From positions 12,574-76,573 of the forward strand of contig JBDKJD010000002.1 of the NCBI GenBank assembly GCA_039796775.1: DNA of 64,000 bases, written 5' to 3'. Below, in pieces: positions 59,346-64,000 of the stretch. The notes under the pieces were generated by a model. That model saw nothing but the letters and a program-made list of their open reading frames with translations, searched no databases and had not been told where the DNA came from. Position numbers and translations under genes: made by a program. Numbering within the stretch: position 1 is the first letter of the stretch; each line of letters starts with the position of its first letter. Source of the DNA: Candidatus Parcubacteria bacterium (GTDB taxonomy: Bacteria; Patescibacteriota; Minisyncoccia; Phycocordibacterales; UBA5272).

Positions 59346-61214
59346 ATGGTAGATATTTTTGAGGTAGATGAATTACATCCGATAACGAGAAAAATTCTAA
59401 AGAATAGGGGAATAGAGGGGAAAGAAGAGGTGTATGATTTTCTCTATCCGTCATATGAGAAGCATGTAGGTGACCCGTTTGAGATATATGGAATGGAGAA
59501 CGCAGTCAATCGTATATTGGGCGCCATAAGAAACGGTGAGAAGATTGCTGTGTATAGTGATTATGATTGTGATGGGGTGCCTGGCGGGGTGCTACTGCGA
59601 GAGTTCTTCGACACTATTGGCTACCCAGTAGAGATCTACATTCCACACAGACATAACGAGGGGTATGGTGTACATAATCATGCTATAGATACATTGAAGG
59701 AAAAGGGAATTAGTCTTGTGATTACAGTTGATTCTGGGATAACTAATATTGAAGAGGTTGCATATGCGAAGTCAATCGGCGTGGACTTCATTGTGACGGA
59801 TCATCATTTACCGATAACGAAGGAAAATGTAGAGCGTGGAGTACAGAATATAGATACTACAAATTCAAATACTAAGAAAAATCAGAAGTCGAAAGCTAAC
59901 AATCAAGAGCTAAAAACTAACAGCAAAAAGCTAACAGTTGTACAGGTGGTCCCTGATGCTGTTGCTGTGCTTAATTCAAAACAAGACGCGTGTGAGTATT
60001 GGGATGATATGCTCTGCGGGTGTGCGGTGGCGTGGAAATTATCGTGCGCAATTTTGGAGTCGCTCCGCGACGCCAAAATTGCGCACGATAATTTCCTAGA
60101 CAACAGACTAGAGACAACAGATAGTAAATGGAGTACAGTTCTCGATACGGTTTCACAATTGCCAGAAGGGTATGAGAAGTGGATGCTTGACCTCGTAGGT
60201 ATATCTACGATTGCGGATATGGTGCCACTACGAAAGGAGAATCGTGCACTCGCACACTTTGGTCTCAAGGTTCTCCGGAAGACGAAGCGCCCAGGGCTCA
60301 ATCATATTTTTAATGAACAAAGAGTGAGAAAAGATTTGCTCACTGAGGATGATATCGCTTTTACTATTGCTCCACGTATCAATGCAGCGAGTCGCATGGG
60401 GGATCCTATTCAAGCTCACCTTATGTTGTATAAGAAAGATAAAGAAAGCGGGGAGGGATACGCTCGAGACCTTGAGGATCTCAACAATCAGCGTAAAAGT
60501 GAGGTGAAGGATATAGTGTCCAGTATCTCTTTTGACCATTCTGTGTATTCAGACGATGTTGTAGTCGTGGGGGATATGAGTTGGGGGCCAGGGATATTAG
60601 GACTTATTGCACAAAAGATAATAGATGAAACAGGGAAGCCTGTGTTTGTATATGGCCAAGGCGAAAACAAAGATGAACTTAAAGGATCGTGTAGGTCACT
60701 TGGAGATGTTTCAGTGGTAGACCTGATGGCACACGCTTCACACGAGGTGTTCCTCGGATGGGGTGGACATGAAGGAGCTGGAGGGTTCTCGGTGTCAATT
60801 GAGAATATCGACAAGCTTCGATCTGCGCTTAATGAAGCTATTAAGCATGTAGTAATAAAAGAGATTGACTCACAAGAGGTTGTGGCAGATGAGGAGCTCA
60901 GTATGGACGATGTGCATGACCTGACGTATAAGGCGATTGAGATATTGGCACCCTTTGGAGAGGGGAATCCAAAGCCTGTATTTAGCTTTAGTAATGTTAC
61001 ATCACTTGCGACCAAGAGATTCGGGAAGAAGGGGGAGCATTTAGAGGTGATGTATCAGAATAGTAGAGGAGGGCGCATCAAAGCTATTCAATTTTTTACC
61101 AAAGAAGAGACCGAGAAGAGGGTCGGTAAAGAGCACACTCTTCTCGCTCATCTAGAAAAGAGCTACTTTGGCGGGAAGACTGAGTTCCGGCTTAGGATTG
61201 TGGAGGTGAGGTAG
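59346..61214 (+). CDS. recJ: Single-stranded-DNA exonuclease RecJ with two repeat-derived insertions
   Basis: DYDCDG, TVDSG, TDHH, PRINAASR, GSCRS, GGHEGAGG, LAPFGEGNPKP. Confidence 0.95.
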   Translation: MVDIFEVDELHPITRKILKNRGIEGKEEVYDFLYPSYEKHVGDPFEIYGMENAVNRILGAIRNGEKIAVYSDYDCDGVPGGVLLREFFDTIGYPVEIYIPHRHNEGYGVHNHAIDTLKEKGISLVITVDSGITNIEEVAYAKSIGVDFIVTDHHLPITKENVERGVQNIDTTNSNTKKNQKSKANNQELKTNSKKLTVVQVVPDAVAVLNSKQDACEYWDDMLCGCAVAWKLSCAILESLRDAKIAHDNFLDNRLETTDSKWSTVLDTVSQLPEGYEKWMLDLVGISTIADMVPLRKENRALAHFGLKVLRKTKRPGLNHIFNEQRVRKDLLTEDDIAFTIAPRINAASRMGDPIQAHLMLYKKDKESGEGYARDLEDLNNQRKSEVKDIVSSISFDHSVYSDDVVVVGDMSWGPGILGLIAQKIIDETGKPVFVYGQGENKDELKGSCRSLGDVSVVDLMAHASHEVFLGWGGHEGAGGFSVSIENIDKLRSALNEAIKHVVIKEIDSQEVVADEELSMDDVHDLTYKAIEILAPFGEGNPKPVFSFSNVTSLATKRFGKKGEHLEVMYQNSRGGRIKAIQFFTKEETEKRVGKEHTLLAHLEKSYFGGKTEFRLRIVEVR

Positions 61215-61215
61215 A

Positions 61216-62004
61216 TCACTTCAAGACAAAATATTTTCTAAACTCCTTTTCGATCTCTTTTGCCTTGACTGAGTTCCTCTCAACGACAATTTTATGTAGT
61301 GACTTTTCGTTATAAAGCTTCTCTAAAGGTTTACGAGCACTTTCCTCAGTATTATTTTTAAAGATACTATTCATAGCATCGAGTGTTTTTTTACCGGTAT
61401 GTACCGTTATAACATAATCTCCGAATACTGAAAGGTTTACACCCCATTTTTTGTCTATGCAGTGAATTTGAATACTCTTCATTTTACTTTTCTTTTTGAG
61501 CGCAAGATCAAGAGGGGACTTTGAGCCAACTAAAAGGTGCACACTACCCTTATTTTTAAAAATAAAATCAATGTACCAGTCAACGATTGGCACTGTGTTT
61601 ACATAGGTGTAGTTATGGACGTCGTAAAAGAGGAAATTTTTAATTGTACCCTGCAAAGAACTAATTATTGAAATAAAAATTTGACCATAGACATTCTCAA
61701 GCTCAGTGAGAGTCTTTATCTTATAGGTTTGTTTTTTTTCTGTGAACGTTTGGAATACGATTTCTTTTTTCGGAAGAGCTTTTGCCAGAAGCTCTATCTC
61801 GTCATGAAGCCAGAGAAGGTGTACTTCAATATGGGTTTTTACCCAGAGGATTTTTCCTTCACTGTGTAGTAGGCGAAGTATTTTGTAAACACCTTGTTTT
61901 GTGTACCCTGCTTTTTTGAAATGCTCTACAATACGTAGGGTGGTGGTCTGGCGAGTCTCTAAAATATACAAAAATATACGAGTCTTGAGATTTGCTGGCT
62001 TCAT
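61216..62004 (-). CDS. Putative winged-HTH transcriptional regulator
   Basis: N-terminal YTKQGVYKILRLLHSEGKI helix-turn-helix pattern; divergent from the transporter. Confidence 0.6.
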   Translation of the reverse strand: MKPANLKTRIFLYILETRQTTTLRIVEHFKKAGYTKQGVYKILRLLHSEGKILWVKTHIEVHLLWLHDEIELLAKALPKKEIVFQTFTEKKQTYKIKTLTELENVYGQIFISIISSLQGTIKNFLFYDVHNYTYVNTVPIVDWYIDFIFKNKGSVHLLVGSKSPLDLALKKKSKMKSIQIHCIDKKWGVNLSVFGDYVITVHTGKKTLDAMNSIFKNNTEESARKPLEKLYNEKSLHKIVVERNSVKAKEIEKEFRKYFVLK

Positions 62005-62029
62005 AAAGTAAACGAATCGTTTACTTTAT
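62003..62029. promoter_or_regulatory. Perfect palindromic operator candidate
   Basis: ataaagtaaacga-a-tcgtttactttat overlapping the regulator start. Confidence 0.55.
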
Positions 62030-62084
62030 TAAACTATTTTTATAATTATTTGTCAATGTTTGTGCTCATCTGTAGTATCTTGTT

Positions 62085-62801
62085 ATGCAAAATAAATTAC
62101 TACATGATCCGGCGGTAACAGCGACCCTCAACCATAAGTATTTAGGAGTATTTGGTATGGTCTGGGTATCAATGCTGCTTGTAACAATGTTCACGACGCT
62201 TAAAACGTTTGATATCTTTGGCTTTACTTTTATCGCTGCAGCCCTTGGATACCCGATTACATATATTTTTGCAGACATATTTACCGAGGTCTATGGGTAT
62301 AGGGTGTCCAGAAGAGTTATTTGGACTGGATTTTTCTGTATAACTATTGCGACAGCTTTTGCCTATCTCTATACACTTTTGCCGCCTAGTGTATATTTTG
62401 ATGAAGAAAGTAATAAGGCGTTTAATCTTATATTTCAAACCAGCCCCGTCATCGCGCTTGGTACCATTTTGGCATTCTGGTCTGGGGAGTTTACCAATAG
62501 TTTTGTTTTAGCTAAGATGAAACTCATATTCTCTGGCAAGTATGAGTGGGCTCGTTACATCCTTTCCACGTTAGTTGGTCAGAGCTTTGATAACCTTACT
62601 GGATTTACGGTTATTCTTCTCTTAACAGATATATTTTCATTAAAAGAAGCCCTTGTTGCCGGGGTTACTACGGTAATATTTTGTACTTTGTGGGAAGCAC
62701 TTGCTTCACCAGTTACCCATCCACTCATCCGCTTCATTAAACAAAAAGAGGGGATTGATACCTACGACCATGGAACAAAGTTTAACCCGTTTGGGTTTTA
62801 A
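62085..62801 (+). CDS. Queuosine precursor transporter (VUT/YhhQ family)
   Basis: YPITYIFADIFTEVYGYR, GEFTNSFVLAKMK, RYILSTLVGQ, D-T-FNPF C-terminus. Confidence 0.9.
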   Translation: MQNKLLHDPAVTATLNHKYLGVFGMVWVSMLLVTMFTTLKTFDIFGFTFIAAALGYPITYIFADIFTEVYGYRVSRRVIWTGFFCITIATAFAYLYTLLPPSVYFDEESNKAFNLIFQTSPVIALGTILAFWSGEFTNSFVLAKMKLIFSGKYEWARYILSTLVGQSFDNLTGFTVILLLTDIFSLKEALVAGVTTVIFCTLWEALASPVTHPLIRFIKQKEGIDTYDHGTKFNPFGF

Positions 62802-62904
62802 TGAAAGAAAAGAGTTACTTTGGCGGGAAGACTGAGCTGAGGCTTAGGATAGTTGAGGTGAGGTAGACGAAGAGTTTGCTTCTTTTCCTTAGAAGTGATC
62901 TAAT

Positions 62905-63342
62905 TTGATGATGAGTAGCAATAAAGAGTCTGGTGATGCTGGAGAACTTGAAGTGTGTGAGCTTGTTCCATGTCCAAACTGTGGCAAGAAGTTAATGACA
63001 CTGCCTAAAAATTACCCACTTTATGATGTGCAGTGTTCTGGGTGTAGCTTTCGTGCACAAGTTAAGACAAACAATTCAAAGCCGAAAGCTGAGATCTTTG
63101 GTGCTGGCTGGGACATTATGGAGAAGGTGCTTAAGTCTGGTTTTATTACACCACCTCTCATAACTAATTTTAAATGGGTCGACAAAGAAGGCACACAACA
63201 AGAGATTAGGTTCTACCCATTCATACCAAAAAGTAATTTGAAAATGCGCAAGCTTTCTTCAGAAGCAAGAAGGGCTAACTATAAAATGTTCAACTACACA
63301 GGAATAGATAAACTGCCCTATTTTGTTCTGTTTGTAAAATAG
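62905..63342 (+). CDS. DpnI/Dam-replacing-like Zn-finger PD-(D/E)xK nuclease domain protein
   Basis: CPNCG...NYPLYDVQCSGC...QVK, similar to the DpnI N-terminal domain; no C-terminal wH domain. Confidence 0.65.
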   Translation: MMMSSNKESGDAGELEVCELVPCPNCGKKLMTLPKNYPLYDVQCSGCSFRAQVKTNNSKPKAEIFGAGWDIMEKVLKSGFITPPLITNFKWVDKEGTQQEIRFYPFIPKSNLKMRKLSSEARRANYKMFNYTGIDKLPYFVLFVK

Positions 63343-63368
63343 ACCCTCCTAGTTGGTCCGAAAAATAC

Positions 63369-63887
63369 TTAAAGATTCGAAGTGTAAAACTTACGGATAA
63401 GTTTAGAGAGGTCGCCCTTTGTTTTTTCTCCCTGTTCTATCTTTTGTAAAACTTCTTCAGGGTAGAGCCATTCGTAACTACTAAAATCTTCCGGGTTGTA
63501 GTCGGGCACAGTATCAGATGTTATTTCGTAGACTCGCATAAAGGAAGAAACGCCATCTTTGAGAGGGGAGCAGAACCCGAGTTCTTTGTAAGTGACTTTG
63601 GTTATGTCTATATTGAGCTCCTCGCTCATTTCTTTTGCGAATGCATCTAGATAGGTTTCTCCACTTGAAACATGGCCCCCGCAGCTAAAGTCGAGACCGT
63701 TAGGGAAAAGTCTCTTGGTCGGCTGTCTGCGAGGGGTCCAGAGTTTACCTTCGCTATTTTTTATAAAACAATTGATAACACGGTAGTTGTGAAGTCCCTG
63801 AGAATGTACCTCGCTTCGGGGCATGGTTCCGATAACTTCGTCGTTCTCGTTTACTAAGTCTAAAATCTCTTCCGTTGGTTGTGTCAT
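63369..63887 (-). CDS. NUDIX hydrolase (IDI-like)
   Basis: LDLVNENDEVIG, GGHVSSGETY...KEMSEEL; likely start MTQPTEE. Confidence 0.85.
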   Translation of the reverse strand: MTQPTEEILDLVNENDEVIGTMPRSEVHSQGLHNYRVINCFIKNSEGKLWTPRRQPTKRLFPNGLDFSCGGHVSSGETYLDAFAKEMSEELNIDITKVTYKELGFCSPLKDGVSSFMRVYEITSDTVPDYNPEDFSSYEWLYPEEVLQKIEQGEKTKGDLSKLIRKFYTSNL

Positions 63888-64000
63888 GATAGGGATCAGT
63901 ATATCAAAAGGCTGGCCAGAGAGGTCTGCGCTCTGTTCTATAGAATTGTTGTTGGTAAAAGGATACAATCCGTAGATGGAAGGAAAGACTCGTGAGAAAG

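Larger units (their letters stand above)
61154..62867. mobile_element. Two-gene islet flanked by direct repeats of the recJ 3' end
   Basis: 62-bp imperfect direct repeats at 61154-61215 and 62806-62867. Confidence 0.7.

Noticed and set aside
61969-62004. N-terminus MKPANLKTRIFL resembles a transaldolase start
   Set aside because: The rest of the protein lacks transaldolase motifs and fits a wHTH regulator
62030-62084. preQ1 riboswitch ahead of the queuosine transporter
   Set aside because: No recognisable preQ1 aptamer in the short AT-rich leader

Overview
This is a 64-kb, AT-rich bacterial chromosomal segment in genetic code 11. Its gene content points to a Patescibacteria/CPR genome (Parcubacteria-like); the taxonomy is an inference from that content. 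The left end holds dnaA(5' part)-rpmH-rnpA-yidC and a patescibacterial T4SS-like locus (PrgI, VirB4, VirB6-like, TrbJ/VirB5-like, pilin-like). Housekeeping genes include rsmA, pcrA, comM, rpsO, xerC/D, uppS, xth, pgk, tpiA, nusA, ppa, tig, rsmE, clpP, rny, hup, cca and recJ, plus four tRNAs. The notable signals are: (1) three different tRNA genes are each followed by the same ~240-290-nt scaffold carrying an antisense copy and a second sense copy of that tRNA's own 3' end; (2) a betaproteobacterial-type hfq; (3) at least five stand-alone accessory genes share a promoter-hairpin-boxA-like-Shine-Dalgarno leader, unlike the SD-less core genes; (4) two paralogous non-coding transcription units have DnaA-box promoters; (5) a parS cluster lies largely inside the cca ORF next to a candidate oriC; (6) C-GNA-G triloop palindromes and 7-bp-period repeats are widespread and even occur inside recJ; (7) a two-gene islet is flanked by a duplicated recJ 3' end. 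All calls come from reading the sequence by eye; no searches or folding programs were run.
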